From Gemmatales bacterium (GTDB lineage: Bacteria; Planctomycetota; Planctomycetia; Gemmatales; HRBIN36): DNA of 64,000 bases. The translations under genes and the position numbers were made by a program. The notes beneath the pieces were generated by a model that saw only the letters and a program-made list of their open reading frames with translations, was not told the origin of the DNA and searched no databases. The stretch is taken from assembly GCA_041640595.1 (NCBI GenBank), contig JBEPZY010000001.1, forward strand, positions 640,001-704,000, in the 5' to 3' direction. Below, one piece after another: positions 39,575 through 48,215 of this stretch. The first letter of the stretch is position 1, and each line of letters begins with the position of its first letter.

Positions 39575-41887
39575 TCAGCGAATCAGTCCCAGACGCGAAG
39601 AACCAAAGGGCCAGAACGGGAAATACACAACTACCGCTTTCCCCATGAGCAATCGTTCCGGTACCTGCCCCCAGGCGCGACTATCCTGGCTGGAAGTGCT
39701 ATTGTCGCCGAGGACAAAATACTCATCCGGGCCGAAGACGCGCGACCCTCCGTTGAGCCGATCCGGATAGTAGGCGGGGTCGGGGTAAGTTCCCTCGCTG
39801 CCAAATGCGACTTCGCCAGATGTACTTACCTGATGGGTAACTACACCGCGTGGGTAATAGGGTGCCCACCGCTCTGGTCGGATGCGATGTAATGCCGCTT
39901 GTTCGGGCGGCAAAGCGCCGCGGTGTGACTCGGGCTGTTCGGTGGCCAGTTTCCGGAATATCCGAGCCGCCCAGTCGCAGTATTTTTCAATCGGCACATC
40001 CTTGAGGCTGATAATATCCACCTGATCTCGCACCTGCCCGTGAGTATCCACAAGTGACAGGCGAACATCCTCCGGGTCCCGCTGGGTATAGTAAATGTCC
40101 CGCCACAACCGCAAATGGCGCACTTTCACCTCGGTTTGCTGAGCCATGATGGCAGCGGGTGAGAGATCGGCTATCCGCGGGCCATGCTGATCTCGACGCA
40201 GTTCGGGAACTGCAATCCCTTCACCAAACACCAGCCGCTCATTCACCCACACGGTGAGTCGCTGGTCGAAATCGGCAAACCTTAGCCCATAACGCCCCGG
40301 TCGCCGTAAATCTGTCATCGTCCGGGCATTTTCTCCTAACGACAGCGGAAGACCTTCTCGCCAGGCCTGTAGCTGACACTCGCCGGTCTGTAGATTCCAA
40401 ACGGCACGGTAACGGTCAACACCCGCCACCAGTTCCAGAGCGAGCGCTCCCTCGGCGCGAGCAACCTCGACTTCGCATTCGATCATCAAATCACGCACCC
40501 AGTGCCAGCTATAGCGTCCGAAATTCGTCCAGTTGTACGCCAGAAAGTCAGTGATTAGCTGGGGGGCCGGCGGATTTTTCGACAACTGGTCCGCTGTTGT
40601 TTCCACTTGTATTCGGCGTTGCCAGGCACCATCATTGTTCGGGGAGTCCGTGCCGGCAGCAGTCCATTCCCTGGGAACGCGATGCTGATAACGCAACCAC
40701 CGTGGCTCTGCACCAGCGCGAACTGAGAATTCGGCCATCAGGCCTGCCGAGCCAGCCAGGAGTTGCCGTTGCCAGCGATCACCGTCAGCTGGCCTCTGGT
40801 GCTGCGATAAACCTGGAGCCGGGGCAACGGTTTCATCTGCCCAGCGGGAAAAATGTTTTGCCAGGGCTTGCGGTTCGTGGTCGCAATCGTAAACCAGCTG
40901 GCGCATGTCGAGCAGACGGTCGGGACGCTTGCGAATGACAGTCAACCTGGGGTTCTCTTCATCCGTGGCCAGATAAACATCGCCTTGCCAGATCGCCAGC
41001 CGCTCGCCAGGAAAGCCCCACAATCGTTTGATGTAGTTGTACGGCGAAAAGGCCTGGTTGTAATGCGGAGAAGTGGGACCTTCGTAAATTTGGTCGCCAA
41101 TAGCCCGTTCGCCCCAGCCCGGAAACTTGAAAACAATCGTGTCGTGCCGATTGCGTTGCGGATCGGGTCGGCGAAAATCATACACCGGCTTGAGCACCAG
41201 CACCTTGTCCCCGCCTTCAATCCAGCCAGGTTTGTGAGCGTGGCGGCAATTGGGACAAACCACATAGTCCGGCACCATAGCAGGTCGCCGGGTGGCATCC
41301 CCTCCCGCACCAACGAAATACTCCCAGCCACATTGCGGGCATGTATTGACGAAATGGTTGCCCAGCCGGGTTGGCGCCATCGAACCGGTCGGAATGACGA
41401 ACGCCTCAGCCACGAACGTTTTCAAAAGCAGCACCAGGAACACGACAAACACCACAGTGTCCAGAAATTCACGAAAGGCTGATTTGTGCGATTCACCTCC
41501 TCCGGTGCGGGGCGAAACGTCGGCATTATTGACGGTGGCAGCTGGGGATGATGTCGGCGACGTAGTGGCACGCCCCTGGTCCTGTCCAGAAGTGGAAGAC
41601 TGCGTACCGCCATGTCCCGTCCCGGCATCGCTTGCCGGCGACAGCGGGTTTTCTTCAGTTGCTTTGCCAGGTTTGGTGTCTGTTGCATCACCGGCGCTAC
41701 TGGCAAGACCTGATATATTCGGCGCCGGCACTATCGGTCGATCGGCAGCCTCGTGTGGTATCCCGGTCGCCCTACCTGATGTTGGCGACTCGCCCGGTTC
41801 AACCGGCACCGGTCGGTTGCCGGTTGCTGATTCTGTCTCCCTCCCGCCAGCAGGGTCTGGTTTTTCGCTTTCGATCATTTTCGGCAA
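39575..41887 (-). CDS. lepB: Signal peptidase I, planctomycete type with large inserts
   Basis: AFVIPTGSMAPT (Ser), YIKRL (Lys) and YFVLGDNSTSSQDSR. Follows lepA. Confidence 0.88.
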   Translation of the reverse strand: MPKMIESEKPDPAGGRETESATGNRPVPVEPGESPTSGRATGIPHEAADRPIVPAPNISGLASSAGDATDTKPGKATEENPLSPASDAGTGHGGTQSSTSGQDQGRATTSPTSSPAATVNNADVSPRTGGGESHKSAFREFLDTVVFVVFLVLLLKTFVAEAFVIPTGSMAPTRLGNHFVNTCPQCGWEYFVGAGGDATRRPAMVPDYVVCPNCRHAHKPGWIEGGDKVLVLKPVYDFRRPDPQRNRHDTIVFKFPGWGERAIGDQIYEGPTSPHYNQAFSPYNYIKRLWGFPGERLAIWQGDVYLATDEENPRLTVIRKRPDRLLDMRQLVYDCDHEPQALAKHFSRWADETVAPAPGLSQHQRPADGDRWQRQLLAGSAGLMAEFSVRAGAEPRWLRYQHRVPREWTAAGTDSPNNDGAWQRRIQVETTADQLSKNPPAPQLITDFLAYNWTNFGRYSWHWVRDLMIECEVEVARAEGALALELVAGVDRYRAVWNLQTGECQLQAWREGLPLSLGENARTMTDLRRPGRYGLRFADFDQRLTVWVNERLVFGEGIAVPELRRDQHGPRIADLSPAAIMAQQTEVKVRHLRLWRDIYYTQRDPEDVRLSLVDTHGQVRDQVDIISLKDVPIEKYCDWAARIFRKLATEQPESHRGALPPEQAALHRIRPERWAPYYPRGVVTHQVSTSGEVAFGSEGTYPDPAYYPDRLNGGSRVFGPDEYFVLGDNSTSSQDSRAWGQVPERLLMGKAVVVYFPFWPFGSSRLGLIR

Positions 41888-41948
41888 TCCCTTATCTTAG
41901 GTGCTTTCGTAGGCCGAGCGCTAACGGAACACGTCCGGAAGAAAGGGG

Positions 41949-43778
41949 CTAATCTTCCTCGTCGTCACGGAGAACGGCCAAAAAAGCCTCTTGCGGAATT
42001 TCCACCTGGCCGACCTGTTTAAGCCGTTTTTTCCCTTCAGCTTGACGAGCCCAGAGCTTTCGCTTGCGGGTAATGTCGCCTCCATAGCATTTGGCGGTTA
42101 CGTTTTTGCGCAGCGGAGCAATCGTCTCGCGAGCGATGACACGGCTGCCAATGGCTGCCTGGATTGCTATCTCGAACTGGTGCCGGGCTATTTCCCGACG
42201 AAGCTTACGTACCAAAGCCCGGCCACGTCGTTCTGCCTGGCTGCGGTGCACAATTGTCGAAAGTGCATCCACTCGCTTTCCGTGCACCAAGATGTCCAGC
42301 TTGACCAGGTCCGCTGGTCGGTAGCCGATGAATTCATAGTCCATCGTACCGTAACCGTGCGTGATTGATTTCAGCTTGTCGTACAAGTCGTAGATCACCT
42401 CAGCCAATGGCATTTCGAAAACCAGCATGGCTCGAGTAGGGCTGAGGTATTCCGTGCGAATAAACGTGCCGCGCTTCTCGATACACAGTTGCATGATCGC
42501 CCCGATGTTCTCGGCAGGCACGATGAAATTGATCCGCACAATCGGCTCGCGGAACTCTGCAATCTGTCCGGCATCTGGTACGTCCTGCGGGGTTTGCACA
42601 TGAACCACTTCGCCGTTACGCTTGACGATTTCATACGTAACGTTCGGGGCCGTATGCACTAACTCCAGACCGCTTTCGCGTTCGATTCGCTCCTGGATGA
42701 TTTCCCGGTGGAGCATGCCCAGAAAACCGCACCGGAAACCGAACCCCAGTCCCTCGCTGGTCTCCGGTTGCCAGGTAAAACTCGAATCGTTCAGGCTCAA
42801 TCGCGCCAGCGCTTCGCGCAAAGCCTCGAAATCGGCATTGTTGACCGGATACAATCCGCTGTAAACCATCGGCTTGGGCTCTTTGTATCCGGGCAACGGT
42901 TCATCAGCGGGCTGACGGGCATCGGTGACGGTGTCGCCAATGCGGACGTCCTGGATGTTTTTGATTACAGCGGTCAGATAACCGACCTGACCCGGGCCGA
43001 GTGCATCGCACGGTTTCATCGCTGGACGAAACTGGCCGAGCTCCTGCACCTCGTATTCCCGCCCGGAACGCATAAACCGAATCCGCTGCCCCTGTCGCAA
43101 CACTCCCTCTTTGACCCGCACATACACCACCACGCCACGATAAGTGTCGAAATGACTGTTGAACACCAAGGCCCGCAGGGGTTGCTCAGGGCTACCGCTC
43201 GGAGGGGGAATGCGTTCGAGGATAGCCCGCATAACTTCCTCAACTCCCTGGCCGGTCTTGGCACTGCAAAAAAGCACATCCTTGGGGTCGATTGCCAGGC
43301 TATGTTCCATTTCCAAAACGGTCTCTTCCGGCCGGGCGATTGGCAGATCAATTTTGTTGACAACGGGCACGATAACCAGGCCTGCTTCCATCGCCAAAAA
43401 AGCGTTATGCACGGTTTGGGCTTGCACTCCCTGGGTAGCATCCACGAGCAAAATCGCCCCTTCGCAGGCCGCCAAACTCCGCGATACCTCGTAATTAAAA
43501 TCGGCGTGTCCCGGCGTATCAATCAGGTTCAGCTCGTAGGTTACCGATTTCTGGCCATCAGCCGATTCGCCGGCGGGAGCGTAGTAAATGGTCACCGGGT
43601 GCATCTGGATGGTGATGCCCCGCTCACGTTCCAGGTCCATGTCATCAAGAACCTGCTCCCGAAATTCCCGGGGACTGATCGCGCCAGTGCGCAGCAGGAA
43701 CTGGTCGGCAAGTGTGCTCTTGCCGTGGTCAATATGGGCAATAATGCAGAAATTACGAATTCGTTCCGTGGGCGTCAT
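41949..43778 (-). CDS. lepA: Elongation factor 4
   Basis: AHIDHGKST, DTPGH, GFRCGFLGMLH and KCYGGDITRKRKL. Confidence 0.97.
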   Translation of the reverse strand: MTPTERIRNFCIIAHIDHGKSTLADQFLLRTGAISPREFREQVLDDMDLERERGITIQMHPVTIYYAPAGESADGQKSVTYELNLIDTPGHADFNYEVSRSLAACEGAILLVDATQGVQAQTVHNAFLAMEAGLVIVPVVNKIDLPIARPEETVLEMEHSLAIDPKDVLFCSAKTGQGVEEVMRAILERIPPPSGSPEQPLRALVFNSHFDTYRGVVVYVRVKEGVLRQGQRIRFMRSGREYEVQELGQFRPAMKPCDALGPGQVGYLTAVIKNIQDVRIGDTVTDARQPADEPLPGYKEPKPMVYSGLYPVNNADFEALREALARLSLNDSSFTWQPETSEGLGFGFRCGFLGMLHREIIQERIERESGLELVHTAPNVTYEIVKRNGEVVHVQTPQDVPDAGQIAEFREPIVRINFIVPAENIGAIMQLCIEKRGTFIRTEYLSPTRAMLVFEMPLAEVIYDLYDKLKSITHGYGTMDYEFIGYRPADLVKLDILVHGKRVDALSTIVHRSQAERRGRALVRKLRREIARHQFEIAIQAAIGSRVIARETIAPLRKNVTAKCYGGDITRKRKLWARQAEGKKRLKQVGQVEIPQEAFLAVLRDDEED

Positions 43779-44114
43779 AGTCGTTCATCGAACACACCGG
43801 GCACGTTCCTGGTGCTCATGCATTTTACGGTCATCAACGCAGGATCAGCAACCCGAACCGCCCCGAACACCAATCGGGAAGGTGTAGGCGCTGCTAACTG
43901 TGTTACTCCAGCTGATGCACCGGAGCGGGGAAGCCAGTGCCTTCGTCATCCACCAGGCTGGACGGTGCGCACTCAGCAAGGAGATTCACTTTGCGCACGC
44001 CAATTTACCGTGCTGGTGCCGGAATTGCCGACGCTTGCGATTTGTTTTGCGTCTTGGCCAATTGGGCAGCTGGCTTTGCTCCGTTGGCTGTCAGGGAAGG
44101 GTTATTTCGCCTTG

Positions 44115-44540
44115 CTATTTGATTTTCTTGAGGACCTTGCTTGCTCGGGCAGCATCGTCGGCATTGTCAAAAGCGAGAAAGCACACCCAGCGTTTGCCAA
44201 TCACGCCGGCAGAGACGCCGCGGAGATTGATCCCGGCTTCGCCCAGGGCTTGCGTAACCGCATGCAAGGCTCCGGGTTTATTCGGACCTTCCACACGCAG
44301 CGCTGCGATGTCTGAGGCGGGCACAAGTCCGGCGGCTTCAGCTGCCTTCTTCCCCTTTGCTGTGGTGATCGGCCCAAGGAAGACCACGCCTTTGCCGGGA
44401 ACATCCTGGCGACGCCGGGCAAAAGCGAATGCCAGGTCCACTTTGGCCTGTGCCAGCGGCGCCAGCTTTTCTGCCAGGGCTCCGGGCCGGTCGTCGATTT
44501 CCCCGGTGTACACGGTGATTTTTTGGACCTCAAGCGCCAT
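44115..44540 (-). CDS. Tandem ACT-domain protein
   Basis: DDRPGALAEKL and PNKPGALHAVTQALGEAGIN. AGGAGG RBS. Confidence 0.85.
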   Translation of the reverse strand: MALEVQKITVYTGEIDDRPGALAEKLAPLAQAKVDLAFAFARRRQDVPGKGVVFLGPITTAKGKKAAEAAGLVPASDIAALRVEGPNKPGALHAVTQALGEAGINLRGVSAGVIGKRWVCFLAFDNADDAARASKVLKKIK

Positions 44541-44705
44541 ACTACGCCTCCTTTGGAAAAGCCTTCGGGATTCGCCCATTTAGGATTATAATTGGAGCCA
44601 ATTAATTTGCCAGGGGCAAAATTCTGGTGCTTTAGCTCGGCGAACCAGATGCGACTGCCGACTGCTCGAGCGAAGAATGTCCAAAACCCAATTGTTACAC
44701 TACAC

Positions 44706-44734
44706 TTGACGAAATCCCTATCAATAACAATAAT
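44706..44734 (+). promoter_or_regulatory. Putative sigma70-type promoter for ferredoxin-peroxidase operon
   Basis: TTGACG-17nt-AATAAT in an AT-rich intergenic region. Confidence 0.35.
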
Positions 44735-44828
44735 TGCTTGCGATAACTGGCCAAATGACGGCGGCCTGCTAAACTAATTCCGCTGATGTCTCTTATCCAT
44801 TCATTTACCCTTCGCTGAGGAATGAGTC

Positions 44829-45203
44829 ATGGCCAAAGGTGCCGGGAAAGCACGGAAAAAACTACCGAAAGAACTGGCCGTCGTCTTCGCAGACAATTGC
44901 ACTGGCTGCGAGGCCTGTATCGAGGTTTGTCCCGTTGATTGCATTTACAAGATACCCGGCGAAGACCTTCCGCCTTTGCAGTCCTTCGTGGATATTGACC
45001 TGGAAAGGTGTATTGGCTGCCGACTTTGCGAACGGTGGTGCCCCTGGGACGCGATTGAGATGGTACCTACCGCCAGAGTCCACGAAGCCGTAGCTGTCAA
45101 AGGCGGCCCTCCCGCTTATGTCGAAAAAAACCAGGAACGACTCGTACAGGTTGCTCGGCAATTGGCCGAACTCTACGCCGAGCAACAATCCGCTAAGGCT
45201 TGA
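44829..45203 (+). CDS. 2x[4Fe-4S] ferredoxin
   Basis: CTGCEACIEVCP and CIGCRLCERWCP. Confidence 0.92.
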   Translation: MAKGAGKARKKLPKELAVVFADNCTGCEACIEVCPVDCIYKIPGEDLPPLQSFVDIDLERCIGCRLCERWCPWDAIEMVPTARVHEAVAVKGGPPAYVEKNQERLVQVARQLAELYAEQQSAKA

Positions 45204-45246
45204 ACGCAATAGCAATTCGGAACGAGACACCTGGAGGAGCCAAGCT

Positions 45247-47010
45247 ATGCACCATTGCAAATGGACACTGGTTTGCGGCATGGGATTGCTTCTACTTCTC
45301 TCCGGCTGTTCGCGGGCAACGGATAGCGGTAACCGGGCGGAGGCCCAAAAGAAGCCTGTCACTCGGGAAACTTCCGGAACTGCCGGCCTGTCTCGCCCTG
45401 AGAACACGCGAACTGACCCCCAGAAAAAATCGGACGGTCAGGACGCCTCAGCTGGCAAGCAAATCCAAAATAACGCAGCTCAACCCGAACCGTTGAAGGT
45501 GAAACCTCACGAGCTGAATAGCGAGAAGAGTAAAGACGGCGAAATTCAGCCCGGTGCAGGTGCGACTACTCAGACCAGTGCCGGCCAAACCGTTACGCCC
45601 GATCCCGACGTCTTGCTACCGGATGAAAACGTGATGGAACCCTTCGAGCAGCAAGTTCCCATTTATTTCGTGAACCGGACCCAGCAACTTGAAGAATGGA
45701 ATAAGCTGCCGGCATTTTGGAACGAAGCCACGGAAAAGGTGATGCATCCAAAAACCGGTCAGATAATCGAACGGAAAGTGGTAAAGATCAAAGTGCCCCT
45801 GGGCCTTACGCAAAGCCCACCAGTGCCACCAGAAAATCCCCTCACTGTGAGCAAGTTTGTTTTGGGCAAAAAACTCTACTTCAGCCGAATCCTCTCTTCG
45901 GATAACTCCGTCTCGTGCTCCACCTGTCATCACCCCAACAAGGGATTTACGGACCAGTCTCCGGTGTCCACAGGTATCTTCGGGAAGCAGGGGACCGTCA
46001 GCGCTCCGACGGTCATGAACGCAGCATATAACCTTTTGCAGTTCTGGGATGGCCGGGCTGTCTCCCTTGAAGATCAGGCGCAAGGGCCAGTCCAAAATCC
46101 TCTGGAAATGTTCGATGGCAAGGGCAATGCCTGGCATGAAGCAGTCAAAAGATTGCGACAAAACACGGAGTTTGTTGAATTGTTCAAGCGTGCGTTTGGC
46201 CACTTGCCCACCCGGGATGCCAGCGCCAAAGCTATTGCCACTTACGAACGCCTGGTGTTAATCGGTAATTCCATCCACGACCGGGCAGAGCTAGCCATGC
46301 GTGAGCGTGTCGAGGCGGCCGGCGTACCGGATTTCACCATCCAGGCACAGGATTACGAGAAAGTCCTCAAAGACGCATTCACTCGTAAAGACAAGCACTC
46401 ACTCAGCCCGTTCCAGCTTGATCCAGAAAACGCTAAGGACCAGGAGAAAATTCCAGCACTGGCCAAGAGTATTGCCAACGGTCGCGCTCTGTTTTTCGGA
46501 AAAGCCCGTTGCAACCAGTGCCATGCGGGTGACAATTTCACAGATAACCAGTTCCATAACCTGGGAGTCGGATTCAAGGACGGTGCTAAGCTCTCCAAGG
46601 ATAACATCGGCCGATTCGGAGCACAAATGTTAGGCCATAAAGATCCCCAAGCCGTCGGCGCTTTCAAGACGCCTACATTACGCGGATTGCTCAGCACTGC
46701 CCCTTACATGCACGATGGTAGCGAAAAGACCCTGGAAGATGTCATCAACTTCTACGACCGAGGGGGCAACCCGAATCCCTGGCTTGACGCGAAAATGCGG
46801 GATATTGCCGCAGAACAAGCTTACCTCCGCGACCCCAAAAACTACAAGGGTCCGCAGGTTCACGTCTTCGACGGCAAACCAATCGTTCCTCTCCGCCTGA
46901 ATCTAACCGAGCAGGAAAAGCAAGACCTGGCCAATTTCCTGCGAGCTCTGCAAAGCGATCCTCCCGATCCCATCGTCGCTGATCCCAATAAGTTCCCGGC
47001 CGGGTATTAG
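45247..47010 (+). CDS. Di-heme cytochrome c peroxidase/MauG-family lipoprotein
   Basis: LSGC lipobox, CSTCH, QFWDGRA, CNQCH, FKTPTLR and APYMHDG. Confidence 0.9.
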   Translation: MHHCKWTLVCGMGLLLLLSGCSRATDSGNRAEAQKKPVTRETSGTAGLSRPENTRTDPQKKSDGQDASAGKQIQNNAAQPEPLKVKPHELNSEKSKDGEIQPGAGATTQTSAGQTVTPDPDVLLPDENVMEPFEQQVPIYFVNRTQQLEEWNKLPAFWNEATEKVMHPKTGQIIERKVVKIKVPLGLTQSPPVPPENPLTVSKFVLGKKLYFSRILSSDNSVSCSTCHHPNKGFTDQSPVSTGIFGKQGTVSAPTVMNAAYNLLQFWDGRAVSLEDQAQGPVQNPLEMFDGKGNAWHEAVKRLRQNTEFVELFKRAFGHLPTRDASAKAIATYERLVLIGNSIHDRAELAMRERVEAAGVPDFTIQAQDYEKVLKDAFTRKDKHSLSPFQLDPENAKDQEKIPALAKSIANGRALFFGKARCNQCHAGDNFTDNQFHNLGVGFKDGAKLSKDNIGRFGAQMLGHKDPQAVGAFKTPTLRGLLSTAPYMHDGSEKTLEDVINFYDRGGNPNPWLDAKMRDIAAEQAYLRDPKNYKGPQVHVFDGKPIVPLRLNLTEQEKQDLANFLRALQSDPPDPIVADPNKFPAGY

Positions 47011-47094
47011 CTCTGGCGATATTCCAGTGCTTGGAATAAACTAGCCCTGTCCGAACATTAGCTGATAACGGGACTAATAGCGGAGCCTATAAAC

Positions 47095-48006
47095 ATGCGC
47101 GGCTGGTTATTAACCGCTATGTGCGCGGTATCATTATTGGGATTCGCACAAGAAAACGATCCGTCCCGGCCAACCGCACGGGTGGTATTCGTAACTGGCG
47201 ATTGTGAGTATCGTTCAGAAATTACCATGCCCATGCTCGCTAAGATTCTGGAAACTCGGCATGGAATGCGTTGTACCATTTGTTACGCCATTGATGAAAA
47301 TACCGGCGAAATCAAACCAAAACACCTGACTAACATTCGTGGCCTGGAAGCACTCCGCGACGCTGATCTTGCTGTTTTCTTTATTCGTTATCGGCAATTG
47401 CCGCAAGAACAACTCAAATTAATTCTCGACTATGTTCATTCCGGCAAGCCGATCGTCGGGTTACGCACTTCTACCCATGCTTTTCGCTACCCGCCTGGTC
47501 CCAACGCTCGATGGAACGATGACTTTGGTCGGCTAGTTTTCGGTCAAAAATGGTTACGCCACCACGGACACGATTCGAGCACACTTGTCTATCTCGCACT
47601 CAAAGATCACCCGATCGCCCGCGGAATAGCCCCGGAATTTCACGTGCGTTCCTGGCTTTACCATGTCATGCCCCTTGAGGGAGACTGCACCATCTTGGCT
47701 AACGGTATAGCCGTCAAAGGCGATAAACCTTCTAAAGACGTCTTCGGCACCCCTAATCCCGTTGCCTGGACGAAGCATTTTCATAAAGCCCGTGTGTTCT
47801 TTACCACTCTGGGCCATCCTAAGGATTTTGAAGTGGAATCCGTGCGAAAGTTGCTTATCAATGGCATTTACTGGGCACTGGGGTGGGAAAATAAAATCCC
47901 CGAAAAAGGTTGCGATGCTGATTTTGTCGGCACTTATGTTGCGCCGCCAACTACTCAGGCCATTCCCGACCCGCTGTTACAGCTTGCACCGTATGCAGCA
48001 CGTTAA
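47095..48006 (+). CDS. ThuA-like (class I GATase-like) domain protein
   Basis: Signal peptide, GDCEYRSE, GLRTSTHAF, PVAWT and FFTTLGH. Confidence 0.85.
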   Translation: MRGWLLTAMCAVSLLGFAQENDPSRPTARVVFVTGDCEYRSEITMPMLAKILETRHGMRCTICYAIDENTGEIKPKHLTNIRGLEALRDADLAVFFIRYRQLPQEQLKLILDYVHSGKPIVGLRTSTHAFRYPPGPNARWNDDFGRLVFGQKWLRHHGHDSSTLVYLALKDHPIARGIAPEFHVRSWLYHVMPLEGDCTILANGIAVKGDKPSKDVFGTPNPVAWTKHFHKARVFFTTLGHPKDFEVESVRKLLINGIYWALGWENKIPEKGCDADFVGTYVAPPTTQAIPDPLLQLAPYAAR

Positions 48007-48215
48007 CGGCTTCTTATTTATGTTCGACCAGCGTGGTTTGCCTTGTTACATCAAACAAAACCGCTAGCACTGATTTTTCCAGCAGGGTTTGCTAAACCGC
48101 ATTCTTTTTAGCGACAGTGCAGTTCCGCCGTAACGGCTACTCCATCCAGGTGAAATACCGCCTTTTCCACGGCCGATTGTATCTAAGCAACAGACCCAGG
48201 ATCAAGGAAGAGGGC

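Noticed and set aside
42708..44315. 535-aa plus-strand ORF
   Set aside because: Antisense shadow of lepA and the ACT gene, with no recognisable motifs.
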